Shown: positions 11,751-25,597 of the stretch, piece after piece
Numbering within the stretch: position 1 is the first letter of the stretch
How the letters are laid out: each line of letters begins with the position of its first letter
Assembly (NCBI GenBank): GCA_048128005.1
Contig: JBEUKZ010000118.1
Coordinates: forward strand, 1-64,000
From: Veleropilina oligotropha
Lineage: Eukaryota
DNA: 64,000 bases
Direction of reading: 5' to 3'
Notes under the pieces: model-generated
The model's input: the letters and a program-made list of their open reading frames with translations, nothing else
The model's database searches: none
What the model was told of the DNA's origin: nothing
Translations under genes and position numbers: made by a program

Positions 11751-12882
11751 ATTAGGTTTACCATCATCCACGTTCATACGACAAAATGCAAATCGGGGAT
11801 GTCATCTAATAGTTTAGGTCCAAAAATGCTTTCCAAAATAGATTATTTTCAATTCGCGAAATTCGAGAAGTCTGATTGGTCAAAGTGACGTCACGTGGAG
11901 TGTGATAAATATTCATGTCAAACTCGACGCTTTCGTATCAAACTGCACGTCGTCCGCTAGACGTGATTTCGATTCTGCCAGAGATAATCATGTAATTTCA
12001 AATATTCCTTTGAGATTCAACCATATACAACGAATGTATACATATACATGAATAATATACAATGAATGTATATGACAAAACTATTCCTCAGCTTTTCAAA
12101 GATCCAGGCTATTTTGCGCTTAGAATAATACGTAAGTTGCAATTTAACATGACGTTATTAATTGCTTAGTCATTGTTCAGCATTGACAGGCATATAAAGT
12201 AAGATATTTTTAAAATAAAAATGTTAAGAGTTCATGACCTTGACGGTCACGGGTGACCTCAAATGCAAACCCAAGCATCCTATCTTCTTAAGCAACCAGT
12301 ATGCCAAATATGGGCTTGATTGCCCAATATAAATGGTAGTTAGTGTCTGGAAACCAAATCGTAACCCAAATTCTATTTTTAGTAACAGAACACATGACCT
12401 TTGAATAATGGACCTCATATACAATTCCAAGCATCCGTTTCTTGCATAGGCAATTTGCATTCCTAATATGAGCACGATCGTAAATCACAATCAATAATAT
12501 ATCCCAAAAGTTATATAACGGGTCGACCGTATAATAATTCGAGGTTGATAATTTTCACACAAGCGATACACAGACCCATACATTGGTTATGATATTCTTC
12601 CACGAGGGTGAAACCGACAATAAATGTATCTGTCATTCAAATCACCGCCCTAAACTCAAGAGCATGTAAAACATCATCTTCGATGAAAAATAATCCTTCT
12701 GCTATTATTATGATACATTAGTAATGTTAGCATTGAAAAATAAATAGTGTTGATGGAAAATATTTGCATACCAAAATTACTACATACATTTAACAGTTTA
12801 AGTATATATTATTATGTTTTATAACTCAACAAAATACATACAAATTGAAGGTTGATATATATATTGCACCTTTCGCTGAGGA

Positions 12883-13025
12883 TTTGACCACCAGTGGCGC
12901 TAGCGCTGTTTTTGACCACCAGTGGCGCTAGCGCTGTTTTTGACCACCAGTGGCGCTAGTGCTGTTTTTGACCACCAGTGGCGCTAGTGCTGTTTTTGAC
13001 CACCAGTGGCGCTAGTGCTGTTTTT
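12883..13025 (+). repeat. 28-bp tandem repeat, 5 copies
   Basis: tgaccaccagtggcgctag(c/t)gctgtttt starts at 12885, 12913, 12941, 12969 and 12997. Confidence 0.95.
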
Positions 13026-13066
13026 GCGTGAAGCAGGATTTTTAAAATATGGGGGCCCAACTTTTA

Positions 13067-13680
13067 GGAAATATGCTATCAACTGTCCCCACGTGGAGGG
13101 AAATATGCTATCAACTGTCCCCACGTGGAGGGAAATATGCTATCAACTGTCCCCACGTGGAGGGAAATATGCTATCAACTGTCCCCACGTGGAGGGAAAT
13201 ATGCTATCAACTGTCCCCACGTGGAGGGAAATATGCTATCAACTGTCCCCACGTGGAGGGAAATATGCTATCAGCTGTCCCCACGTGGAGGGAAATATGC
13301 TATCAACTGTCCCCACGTGGAGGGAAATATGCTATCAACTGTCCCCACGAGGAGGGAAATATGCTATCAACTGTCCCCACGTGGAGGGAAATATGCTATC
13401 AACTGTCCCCACGTGGAGGGAAATATGCTATCAGCTGTCCCCACGTGGAGGGAAATATGCTATCAACTGTCCCCACGTGGAGGGAAATATGCTATCAACT
13501 GTCCCCACGTGGAGGGAAATATGCTATCAGCTGTCCCCACGTGGAGGGAAATATGCTATCAGCTGTCCCCACGTGGAGGGAAATATGCTATCAACCGTCC
13601 CCACGTGGAGGGAAATATGCTATCAACTGTCCCCACGAGGAGGGAAATATGCTATCAGCTGTCCCCACGTGGAGGGAAAT
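13067..13680 (+). repeat. 32-bp tandem repeat, about 19 copies
   Basis: Near-identical units ggaaatatgctatca(a/g)ctgtccccacgtggag. Confidence 0.97.
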
Positions 13681-14382
13681 TTTGACAGTTAATTGTGTGA
13701 AATCCCATCTCCTTCATTCTGTCAGTGGCTGTGCAAACCACAAGATTTCTTACCATCAAATTTGTGCCTGGAAAAGTAAAAGTGTGGGTCACCACCCCAC
13801 CCCCCTGAATCTGTCTATGCTTGGAGGCACACACATGATCGGTGATCAAGTCGCCAGCGAGGACGAAAGCTTCAATACATGAACTTTCAATTTTTATGTT
13901 TGTTTTGTCGAATTTTTTAAAAATATTCCTTTTTAACAACAAACACAGATTAATCTACATTATTATAGTTTGAAGACAGTACGGCTTGCCCATTACAATA
14001 CATTAATGCTTAAGCGATGTGTGGTTATTTGACGAACATGATGTGTAAATGCATCATCGATTAACCCTTCCAAATACTTCTGCTGAATTCGAATGCTTGC
14101 CAATCATGAATTTGTCATGTTTATCACCTCCATAACCTTGGTCAAATGAAGACCAATCTTTGACTAGATTTCACTAGTTCTTCAGATTGGCCATCATGAA
14201 GATACTGAGAAGATTTATTGTATCTTCTTCTAAGACATGCAAGAGTGCATGGACGGCAGCAAATGGTACCTCTCTGGTCCAATAGCAGATATTTGATGCA
14301 TTGATAGGAAGTTGTATGTTGCTCTCATTGTAATCTAACGGTTGTATTATATTGCAATAATATATGCATGTGTTATCCCCAT

Positions 14383-16733
14383 ACACAACAATCGCTCATT
14401 ACCTTAACAGTTACACTGCTTACAATATGTAAAATACTATGTGTGCCTGTCTCCAACATTATATTTCATATTCGGCTATACAACAATCTGCTCATTACCT
14501 TAACAGTTACACTGCTTACAATATGTAAAATACTATGTGTGTCTGTCTCCAACATTATATTTCATATTCGGCTATACAACAATCTAGCTCATTACCTTAA
14601 CAGTTACACTGCTTACAATATGTAAAATACTATGTGTGCCTGTCTCCAACATTATATTTCATATTCGGCTATACAACAATCAGCTCATTACCTTAACAGT
14701 TACACTGCTTACAATATGTAAAATACTATGTGTGCCTGTCTCCAACATTATATTTCATATTCGGCTATACAACGGTATTCCTGAAATGCGTCCGACGATC
14801 TTAACAGTTACACTGCTTACAATATGTAAAATACTATGTGTGCCTGTCTCCAACATTATATTTCATATTCGGCTATACAACAATCTAGCTCATTACCTTA
14901 ACAGTTACACTGCTTACAATATGTAAAATACTATGTCACCGTGTGCCTGTCTCCAACATTATATTTCATATTCGGCTATACAACAATCAGCTCATTACCT
15001 TAACAGTTACACTGCTTACAATATGTAAAATACTATGTGTGCCTGTCTCCAACATTATATTTCATATTCGGCTATACAACAATCAGCTCATTACCTTAAC
15101 AGTTACACTGCTTACAATATGTAAAATACTATGTGTGCCTGTCTCCAACATTATATTTCATATTCGGCTATACAACAATCTGCTCATTACCTTAACAGTT
15201 ACACTGCTTACAATATGTAAAATACTATGTGTGCCTGTCTCCAACATTATATTTCATATTCGGCTATACAACTATCAGCTCATTACCTTAACAGCTACAC
15301 TGCTTACAACATGTAAAATACTATGTGTGCCTGTCTCCAACATTATATTTCATATTCGGCTATACAACAATCAGCTCATTACCTTAACAGTTACACTGCT
15401 TACAATATGTAAAATACTATGTGTGTCTGTCTCCAACATTATATTTCATATTCGGCTATACAACAATCTAGCTCATTACCTTAACAGTTACACTGCTTAC
15501 AATATGTAAAATACTATGTATGCCTGTCTCCAACATTATATTTCATATTCGGCTATACAACAATCAGCTCATTACCTTAACAGTTACACTGCTTACAATA
15601 TGTAAAATACTATGTGTGCCTGTCTCCAACATTATATTTCATATTCGGCTATACAACAATCAGCTCATTACCTTAACAGTTACACTGCTTACAATATGTA
15701 AAATACTATGTGTGCCTGTCTCCAACATTATATTTCATATTCGGCTATACAACGGTATTCCTGAAATGCGTCCGACGATCTTAACAGTTACACTGCTTAC
15801 AATATGTAAAATACTATGTGTGCCTGTCTCCAACATTATATTTCATATTCGGCTATACAACAATCTAGCTCATTACCTTAACAGTTACACTGCTTACAAT
15901 ATGTAAAATACTATGTCACCGTGTGCCTGTCTCCAACATTATATTTCATATTCGGCTATACAACAATCAGCTCATTACCTTAACAGTTACACTGCTTACA
16001 ATATGTAAAATACTATGTGTGCCTGTCTCCAACATTATATTTCATATTCGGCTATACAACAATCAGCTCATTACCTTAACAGTTACACTGCTTACAATAT
16101 GTAAAATACTATGTGTGCCTGTCTCCAACATTATATTTCATATTCGGCTATACAACAATCTGCTCATTACCTTAACAGTTACACTGCTTACAATATGTAA
16201 AATACTATGTGTGCCTGTCTCCAACATTATATTTCATATTCGGCTATACAACTATCAGCTCATTACCTTAACAGCTACACTGCTTACAACATGTAAAATA
16301 CTATGTGTGCCTGTCTCCAACATTATATTTCATATTCGGCTATACAACAATCTAGCTCATTACCTTAACAGTTACACTGCTTACAATATGTAAAATACTA
16401 TGTATGCCTGTCTCCAACATTATATTTCATATTCGGCTATACAACAATCAGCTCATTACCTTAACAGTTACACTGCTTACAATATGTAAAATACTATGTG
16501 TGTCTGTCTCCAACATTATATTTCATATTCGGCTATACAACAATCAGCTCATTACCTTAACAGTTACACTGCTTACAATATGTAAAATACTATGTGTGTC
16601 TGTCTCCAACATTATATTTCATATTCGGCTATACAACAATCAGCTCATTACCTTAACAGTTACACTGCTTACAATATGTAAAATACTATGTGTGTCTGTC
16701 TCCAACATTATATTTCATATTCGGCTATACAAC
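14383..16733 (+). repeat. ~96-bp satellite-like array, about 24 copies, with 980-bp higher-order periodicity
   Basis: Unit acaacaatcagctcattaccttaacagttacactgcttacaatatgtaaaatactatgtgtgcctgtctccaacattatatttcatattcggctat. Confidence 0.97.
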
Positions 16734-18744
16734 GGTATTCCTGAAATGCGGTCGACGGTCACTGCATGCGAAGGCACAGTACCGCATTGTAGATCTCTTG
16801 ATCTTGATTCTAATAAGAAATCCTTTAACTAACTGTATGGCAAAGTTTCTAAATGAGGAAAAGGGGATGTGTGCCTGATTGTCATAGCGTTTATCGTTTT
16901 CCAAACGGGCAGCACGGAGGAATGGATGGGAGAGGGGGGGGGAGATGAGTTATGTGGTGTATTTACTCCCTTAAAATTTGGGAAAATGCGCCTTTGCATG
17001 CATCAGACTTAAGAGATAATATGGTAGAAACGGCAGTTATTAAACTTCTGAAGTGCATTTACTAGTCCCCGCGGAATTATATGATTATGCGATTTGCATA
17101 ATTTCTGAATTTAGAAGGGACCACATAATTTATCATTTTTTGCAATAACATGACAGAATCCTATAAATGATAAGTTCAAGCATATTTTATTATTGAAACA
17201 CTATTGTTTGACTTCGTAAATAACATCTATTTACATTATATTGCATAATTTCATTAATTTGGTGCATATTATTGCATAATTTCATTGATTTGAGTGCATA
17301 TTATTTCATAATTTCATTAATCTGGGTGCATAATATGCTGTTTCATTTTCGCATAATTTGAAGAAAATTAGTGCATAATTCTGCAGGGTCTAATTTACAA
17401 TGCTCTTGGTTGGAGATACCCTAGCTGCTATAACATGAAAATGGGTGAGCCTACTTTGTTCCGAATGTTCTCACCTTTCTCTGACTAAATTTGAGACTTG
17501 CTTTATGATCGTAACTGTCACAATAAAATAATTTAATTGCTTCTGACGTTTAGTTTGGAACGATGCTAAATATCTCAATTTTAGGGTCAAGAAAGGTTAT
17601 TATTGCGAAGCAATATGGTGAAATGCATTTTCATGTATTTTGGCGGCCATTTTGAATTTTGGCAGCCATGTTGGAATTTTATTTGGATTTCGAGCAGTTT
17701 ATGTGCCATTTATTTTAAACCGAATATGATTTTAGATTCTCCATATGAAAATCAACAACAGCACATTTCATTCAGGTTTCTACCTTATTTAGTCGAAATA
17801 TATTTACCGTACATAAATACATTTCACACCGGTGAAAGCGGCCATTTTGGATTTCTCAATTTTGAGGCATTAATATGGGCCAATTTTTAGGTGGACAAAC
17901 AGCACAGTTGGCTTCAGCACCCCTCAATACCACTAACACCCTAGATAACACATTTCATTCAAGTTTCTACCTTGTTTAGTAAAAACATATATAAATAAAT
18001 ACATTTCAACCCGGCTGTGCATGGTGGCCATCTTGGATTTCTAAATTATATGGCATTATCTGCCATTTTTAGCTGGGCATACAGCAGAGTTGATTTTAGC
18101 TCCGCTCAATACCACCAAACTCCCAAATTAACACATTTCATGGAAGTTTCTACCTTGTGTAGTAAAACTTTTTGAAAATAAATTATACATTTCAACCAGG
18201 CGGTGGTGGCCATCTTGGATTTCTCAATTTTGAGGCATTATGGTCCATTTTTGACCTGGGCTTACAACAGATTTGAGTTCAGTAGCCCTCCATACATCTA
18301 AAAACCTTGTATGCCATAAATTAACACGATTTGCCTTCAGGGTTAATATTTTTGGAAATTGACCCAGCCTTATCTGCTGCACTAATTTAAAGACAGCCTG
18401 TCAATTTCATAGATGGGTAAGATCATAAATCACTTTAAAAAACGGTCCTTGTAGATTTTCCAGGAAGCTGGCCACCCTAGATGTGTTCCATGGCAGGAGG
18501 ACCATATTGATGGAAAATATCCACCATCCTATTACAGCAGACCCTATCAAATGTGGTATTGCACTACGGGTACTTGTGGGGGGTATTTTGGATGATCACA
18601 GGAGGGACATTTATTGGAAAATTAACTATAAATATTACTAATTTCTTATTTAAAATGAATGCCAAATTGACTATTGCCTGTCTCTTTGGTATTTTTATAA
18701 TTACTATTCTAATTATACTTACTGCAACCCATTATTATTGGAAT

Positions 18745-19100
18745 TATGTCTCCCCTACCCTGTGGGGAGACATATTGTTTTTGTGCCGTCCGTCTGTCAC
18801 GCTTTTGTTTCTGGATGAGAACTATCGTTCCCTTTCAGCAATTTTATTCATATTTGGTACACAGGTTGCTTATGACGAGCGGTCGCTTGGAATTGCTTTT
18901 CAGGTCGGTGCGCCAAAGGTCATGTGACCTGTGACTAAAAATAGAATTTTGGCTCCGATTTGGTTTTCGTTCGATAACTACCGTTCCCTGTAAGAGATTT
19001 TGTTCATATTTGGTAAACAGGTTGCTTATGCGGAGAGGTCGCTTGGGATTGCTTTTCAGGTCAGTGCGCCAACGGTCACATGTATGATCTGTGGCTAAAC
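18745..19100 (+). mobile_element. HINE/DINE-1-like non-autonomous Helentron derivative, 5' part
   Basis: Starts with the palindrome tatgtctcccc-taccctgt-ggggagacata, then ccgtccgtctgtc, then two ~170-bp internal repeats. Confidence 0.6.
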
Positions 19101-19789
19101 AAAGAATTTCCTACATTTTCAATTACGATTTCATTGACGATTCCTGAATTTCCCTGACTTTTCACAGAATTCCAAATTTCCCTGACCAATTCTAAAATTC
19201 CCTGACCAGTGGCAACCTGTATTAGGGTTGCCGGTGGCGAATGCATGTGGTACGAGTTATAATTTACTGATTTACATGGCTCGGTTGCAATCATTCACCT
19301 CATAATCATATACGATAGCTGGAGGTTTTGCCCCAGTTCATGTTCGCCCCAAAGTCGTGGAGGTTTCGCCCCCGTTTATTATTTTAATTACTATAAAAAA
19401 TAACATATATTGGTAAATATTTCCCAAAAAATAATTATATCCAAAGTATTACAAATTTCTATTAAATTACAAGGCCTTCCTTTCAAGTTTGAGTTTTGGT
19501 TAAGCAAAACGATCTCGCACAGAGTAACCATGGCATTCATGATTGTCAATAGCAAATATATATATGTCGGTGTTTGATTTTTATTGCAAACATAACGATA
19601 CATTTCAAATAACGTATAAATAATACAGAGCAGACATAATGAATGTATACAATAATCTCTCAGTGAAAATACGAAACTGTACATGGAAATATTTTATTTG
19701 CAAATGGCGACGTATAATCAGCGTACTTTTTACACTCTTTAAGTTTAACAACGATTTATACACGATGAGTACACCAAAACAGGAAAAAA

Positions 19790-20684
19790 GGTAATCTTCC
19801 AGTTTAGGTACTTTAATTATATAATCTTCCAGTTTAGGTACTTTAATTATTTCTAGTCTTTTTAGCTGTCGTGTTCTACAGTAAAGCATGATATGCATTT
19901 AGTACATCCCAAAAAATAACAAATGACCATTTCTAAAAAAATGGTTAAATGAACACGTCAATATTTCATGGCTATACAAGTCACATTGGATAATTATCTG
20001 CCACTGTTTGCAGGAAAACAGCAAAAATGTCTTGATCCTTAAATCTGGCTCGGAACACAAATTCGTGGATATAAGACGGAAACAATGCTCTGGATGTGCC
20101 AAACTGTTGTTTTAACTTGCGTTTAGCTCGTATCCACATGTTCTCGATACCGCAACGTCTACCATCAACACTACCGTTGTGAACACTGAAACTAGCCATT
20201 TGTTGGCAATTTGGGCATTCAAAACAATTCATTATGAGACGGCGACTAGCCAACCATCGTAGACATGAGGCAGTGGTGTCAATCTCTGGCAAAAGCGTTG
20301 AAAAGTTGTAAACGTCACTCCGAACGTTAACAGCAATGCTATTAATCGGATCAATTATTACAGTGGGAGCTGCCGGCCTTCCTGCCATGTTTGAAGATAC
20401 TGTCATGCAAAATTACCAAACGAAGTACTTTACTTTTACTGTTACTTTCTTATGGGTTATCATGCAAAATTAACGAAGTACTTTACTTTTACTGATACTT
20501 TCTTATGGGTTATTATTAACTGACAACAAAAAATACATAATGAAGTACTTTACTTTTACTTTTACTTTAAATACCTTATCATTCTTTATTATTAACCGAC
20601 AAGGACCTTTAAATAATAACAAAAAGCCTTCAAATAATTAAAGTACCTAAAAATAATTAAAGTACCTAAACTGGAAGATATGCC
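19790..20684 (-). mobile_element. Internally deleted Merlin (IS1016/ISXO2-like) DNA transposon
   Basis: TIRs ggtaatcttccagtttaggtactttaattat and ataattaaagtacctaaactggaagatatgcc flank ORF 19981-20406. Confidence 0.75.
19981..20406 (-). pseudogene. Merlin/IS1595-family transposase with the catalytic core deleted
   Basis: The N-terminal CLRWL..ECPNC zinc-ribbon region is joined in frame to the C-terminal IENMWIRAKRK..SYIHEFVFR motif. The central D..D region is absent. Confidence 0.75.
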
Positions 20685-21467
20685 CAGGTGTATACATAGT
20701 AAGCGTTTTAAGCGTGTTAATGTCATATGTTATATTTATGTAATATTTTGTCTTGTTGAATTACGGATTTTAGAGTTGGGGCGAAAACTCAGGGACATTT
20801 GTAGCGTAGGGCGAACTTGATTGGGGCGAAACTTCCAGAAACCATCATATAGTTATGAAAAAAACTTGAGGACACATAGGACTATGCATGCGTAGTCATC
20901 ACTAAATGCATGGCATAATTAAATCCTGTTTTGATGTTTAAAATGTTACCTAAAACTGCGACATCGGTAACTGGCGCAAAATTCCTGGCAGCCATATTTC
21001 ACTAAACGGTGATGCCGTTAAATAATGTCATTCTAACGCCAGCGAAATGGGGGCGATAACTCATAATTTACTTATTCTGTCTTCTCTCTACGTATGGTGA
21101 ATGACTCAGCAGAATGGAGGGTTTAATGATTAATGCCATGATACCGTCGTAATTTGGAAATATTTATAAGAATTCAAATTATAAATTTGGTTAAGACAGC
21201 TATTGCTCTCTAATAGTAAAACATTTGTTTATTAAATCCCGAATACACGTAAAAATTTCATTATCCCATTAATTATACCCTATAATATTATATGTTTGTT
21301 TAGGCAATAATCAGAGTTACTAGCGATCGACTTCAAAATAATTAATCAGTTGTCTTTCGGAATCGCAATGGTAAGAGGGGCATGTACCAAACTTCAATTA
21401 ACTCGAAACTAGACAAAGTATTTTTTATGAGGGACCCCCATTTCTTATTTTGATTAAGAGTGGAGAA

Positions 21468-22355
21468 ATAATCTAAGTATGACTGGTACACCAGTGATTG
21501 GGTGTCAAGCTAGGTCACTAAGTCGCAACCATAATCTAAGTATGACTGGTACACCAGTGATTGTGTGTCAAGCTAGGTCACTAAGTCGCAACCATAATCT
21601 AAGTATGACTGGTACACCAGTGATTGTGTGTCAAGCTAGGTCACTAAGTCGCAACCATAATCTAAGTATGACTGGTACACCAGTGATTGTGTGTCAAGCT
21701 AGGTCACTAAGTCGCAACCATAATCTAAGTATGACTGGTACACCAGTGATTGGGTGTCAAGCTAGGTCACTAAGTCGCAACGATAATCTAAGTATGACTG
21801 GTACACCAGTGATTGTGTGTCAAGCTAGGTCACTAAGTCGCAGCCATAATCTAAGTATGACTGGTACACCAGTGATTGGGTGTCAAGCTAGGTCACTAAG
21901 TCGCAACCATAATCTAAGTATGACTGGTACACCAGTGATTGTGTGTCAAGCTAGGTCACTAAGTCGCAACCATAATCTAAGTATGACTGGTACACCAGTG
22001 ATTGTGTGTCAAGCTAGGTCACTAAGTCGCAACCATAATCTAAGTATGACTGGTACACCAGTGATTGTGTGTCAAGCTAGGTCACTAAGTCGCAGCCATA
22101 ATCTAAGTATGACTGGTACACCAGTGATTGGGTGTCAAGCTAGGTCACTAAGTCGCAACAATGATCTAAGTATGACTGGTACACCAGTGATTGTGTGTCA
22201 AGCTAGGTCACTAAGTCGCAACCATAATCTAAGTATGACTGGTACACCAGTGATTGTGTGTCAAGCTAGGTCACTAAGTCGCAACCATAATCTAAGTATG
22301 ACTGGTACACCAGTGATTGTGTGTCAAGCTAGGTCACTAAGTCGCAACCATAATT
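21468..22355 (+). repeat. 63-bp tandem repeat, 14 copies
   Basis: Unit ataatctaagtatgactggtacaccagtgattg(t/g)gtgtcaagctaggtcactaagtcgcaacc. Confidence 0.97.
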
Positions 22356-24344
22356 TGACAAATCGCTCCAGTTTACCTCTATAACAGCTGCATTGTTAGT
22401 TTTCCCATTAACCCAAATTACATAGTTTGAAAATGTGTTGGAAACAGATTATCACAGTCAGCATTAAAGTTGCCAGGACAGGTAAAACTGTTATCATATA
22501 GCAATAACTCATTTCAAGATGAGAAGAAACTTCATTGGTCTACATTCGTGAATGCGTCTGGACGATAATGTTTGGTCTGGTAGACATTTCTTCAAATGAA
22601 TATAGCAGTACTCCGGTCGCAACCTTAAAAGAAACAAATATTAACATTATTATATGACTTGTATCGATGCTCAATATGCCATTTATCTCCCTTGAATCGC
22701 GGTCATGTGACATGTGACCGCTAACTGAACAAGGCGCCCAACTGAGGATTCAAACTCACCCACGTGACGTAAAACTGACGACGTGAATATCGCACATCAT
22801 GAGTTTGGAAACAAGCAGTGTTAATGACGAAGGAATGAGACACAACATGAACCAGATAAAACAAATTTACGAATAAATACATTAATCCCACATCTTATAT
22901 AAACCAGCATATTTTTTTTTCACCGATTGATGAAGGGACAAAAAAGAGGTGCAAACATTTTATTAATGGCGATCTTTCACGTCGGTTTCTGTCCATATCT
23001 AATTATAATTTGTATAATAACTGAAAAATACTTTGATGACTTCAGAAAGTAAAGTTAAAATTAATAGCATGTATTGTATTTTTAAAATATGTCATGAATA
23101 TATCACTACCATTATGATATGGTGAACTTACTCGAAATTTGTCAAATCCTCTCGATGCGAATAGGCAATGGGGAATCGATGCATCATTACATGGCTCTTC
23201 ATTATGGCAGGCTGGCAACATTGTTTTACGACCACTTTTAGCAATTTTTCATACTAAATTTCAATAAAGTAACTACAGTTTATCACTTACTTGCATTGGT
23301 ATATGTTCCATTATACCAAATAACACCGATAAGCTACTTTGGAACACACAACGGACGGTTTATCTTTTACAATGTAAACAAAAGACGGTCGCCATTTTGT
23401 GACGTTAGCATTTCGTTTGACGTTTAAACATTGACAAATAATGCGTTTTATCATACATTATGACAACAAAATCACTAAAAACTAACAGGTATGTATATAT
23501 TCATGCATATTTATACAATTTAAGTATTTACTGTTTGTTTCACTGTATTTTTAATTTGTAATTTGCTAAAAAACCGTTCCCGACGAAATCCGTCGGGAAC
23601 CTGCTCGTCATAAAAGGTGCTTCGGATATATGAGGTAGGGTATGAAAGGCACGTCAACCCGGTCTCATATGTTATAAGAGTACATCCCACTTAGAATTTT
23701 ACCGACGCTATCAAGAACAGTTAGTAACTTACTTTCTCTTCATTATGAATCGTCAAATGAGATGGTGATTACACACAAAACATCATATTCAGTTTTCTCT
23801 CTAATGTAAATTACCGTAAAGCTTCTTATAGTCGACAGGCCTCTAATAGACACCAGGTCAGTCAGAGAGGTCTTGATGCATTGGCAATGGGTACACACAA
23901 AATAAAACCACACTGTGTTTACCGCCTAGTCTGTCTGATTGATATCTAGATGAGTCCACGTGCTGTCTGGTGATTTATCAACAGCATGGACAGCATCACT
24001 GGAGCACCTATGAATTAAAAGTTAAAATAATTCAAGCGGACCGGTTTTATTAATTATGGGTAACAGAAATATCGCCAAAAGAAATTTCTACCGTAGGCAT
24101 ATAGGTCTATTAGTGAGCATGCTACTGGGTGACGCACATGCACGTAACAGTAAATTGTTAGTTATTTAAAAAAAATTATAGCATAATGTATCCCCAAAGA
24201 GATTGAAATGTAAAACGAATCGCAAATGTGGAGACATGCTCAACAAATGACTCTAGATCTTTAAATGCATGGTTCCCCAAGGAAGCATTCCCACACCGGT
24301 TTCTGGTAACCCCCCCCCCCCCCCCGAAGCCTCCGGTTCACCAA

Positions 24345-24515
24345 AGGTTTCGGCTCATCCCATGCAATCTGCGTTTCTCCAAAGACGCCTTCCGATGCCA
24401 GTTTCGGCTCATCCCCTGTAGTTTGCGGTTTGTCAAAGCCGCCTTTCGATGTCAGTTTCGTTTCATTCCCTACACTATAGGCCTACGCTTCCCAAACGAC
24501 ACCTTATGATGCCAG
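24345..24515 (+). repeat. Degenerate 54-bp tandem repeat, 3 copies
   Basis: gtttcggctcatcc-like anchors at 24347, 24401 and 24455. Confidence 0.7.
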
Positions 24516-24904
24516 TGTCTCTGAAATATCTCATAATGACACATCTTGCAGTGATAACGTACATGAACGCGATGTTGAATATCGCAGACTTCCTGCATCG
24601 GGGAAGTTTTTGTCCCTCATTCGGCTTGAAATCTAATTCTGTGCGTGACTGTGTGCCCTGTGGTGAAAAGAACAATGTGTTTTTTGTTGCTAAGAAATTG
24701 GCTAATGTCGAGACAAGACAAGAGTCATGAGGAGAAGACGTATCCCCCTTGTGGAACATTAATTGTAACACTACATCCCTGCTTTTAAGTTGAAGCAAGA
24801 AGACAGAGCCATCAATTATTCCCCTAAATGGTGAATACACAATTACTATAAGCAGTATGTTCCTTAAAGTACAATATCATATATCATTGTTGCTAAAAAT
24901 GATG

Positions 24905-25597
24905 AGGGAATAACATTAACAAATTAACAACAAGGGCAATAACCCTGTTATTAATCTCCGCATAACGTTGTAATTAGCGAAAGGCACCAGTTCACCAACT
25001 ACTTAATAAACCCAAGCAAGTTTCGTAAAGTTATGTCGAGTGGTGTAAGAGATACGCTCCGGAAGAGAAAACATTAACGAATTTACAACAAGGGCAGTAA
25101 CTCTGTTAATAATTGCCACCCAATGTCTAAACTGGCAAAAGTCACCAGTTCACCGAGCACTTAATAGACCCAGCAAATTTCGTAAAGTTATGTCGAGCGG
25201 TGTAAGAGATACGAAAGAGAAAACAGTTACGAATTTACAACAAGGGCAGTAACTCTGTTAATAGTTGCCGTCCAACTTCGAAACTGGCAAAAGGCACCAG
25301 CTCACCGACCACTTAATACACACAGGAAGTTTCGTAAAGTTAGTTCGAGCGGTGTAAGAGATATGCTCGGAAGAGGAAACAAACGAATTTACAACAAGGG
25401 CAGTAACTCTGTTAATAATTGCCGCCCAACGTCGAAACTGGCAAAAGGCACCAGTTCACCGACTACTTAACACACCCGGAAGTATCGTAAAGTTATGTTG
25501 AGCGGTGTAAGAGATATGCTCCGGAAACGATATCGATTACATACAGACGGACGGGGCGATTGCAAGATCCCCCCTTTGGAAACAGGGGGGATAAAAA
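24905..25597 (-). mobile_element. HINE/DINE-1-like element with four ~155-bp central repeats
   Basis: acaacaagggca anchors at 24927, 25085, 25237 and 25391. The minus strand begins tttttatcccccc-tgtttccaaa-ggggggat followed by ccgtccgtctgt. Confidence 0.7.

Larger units (their letters stand above)
19313..20843. mobile_element. Non-autonomous TIR element with an 8-bp TSD, carrying a nested Merlin fragment
   Basis: atcatata occurs at 19305-19312 and at 20844-20851. The termini ctggaggttttgcccc and ggggcgaaacttccag carry repeated ttcgcccc subterminal motifs. Confidence 0.7.

Noticed and set aside
13006..16878. Long repetitive ORFs over the 32-bp and 96-bp arrays
   Set aside because: They are by-products of tandem repeats, open in several frames, with no domain signal.
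12883..22355. Tandem arrays (28, 32, 96 and 63 bp) as CRISPR arrays
   Set aside because: Units are head-to-tail with no unique spacers, no cas genes are present, and the context is eukaryotic.
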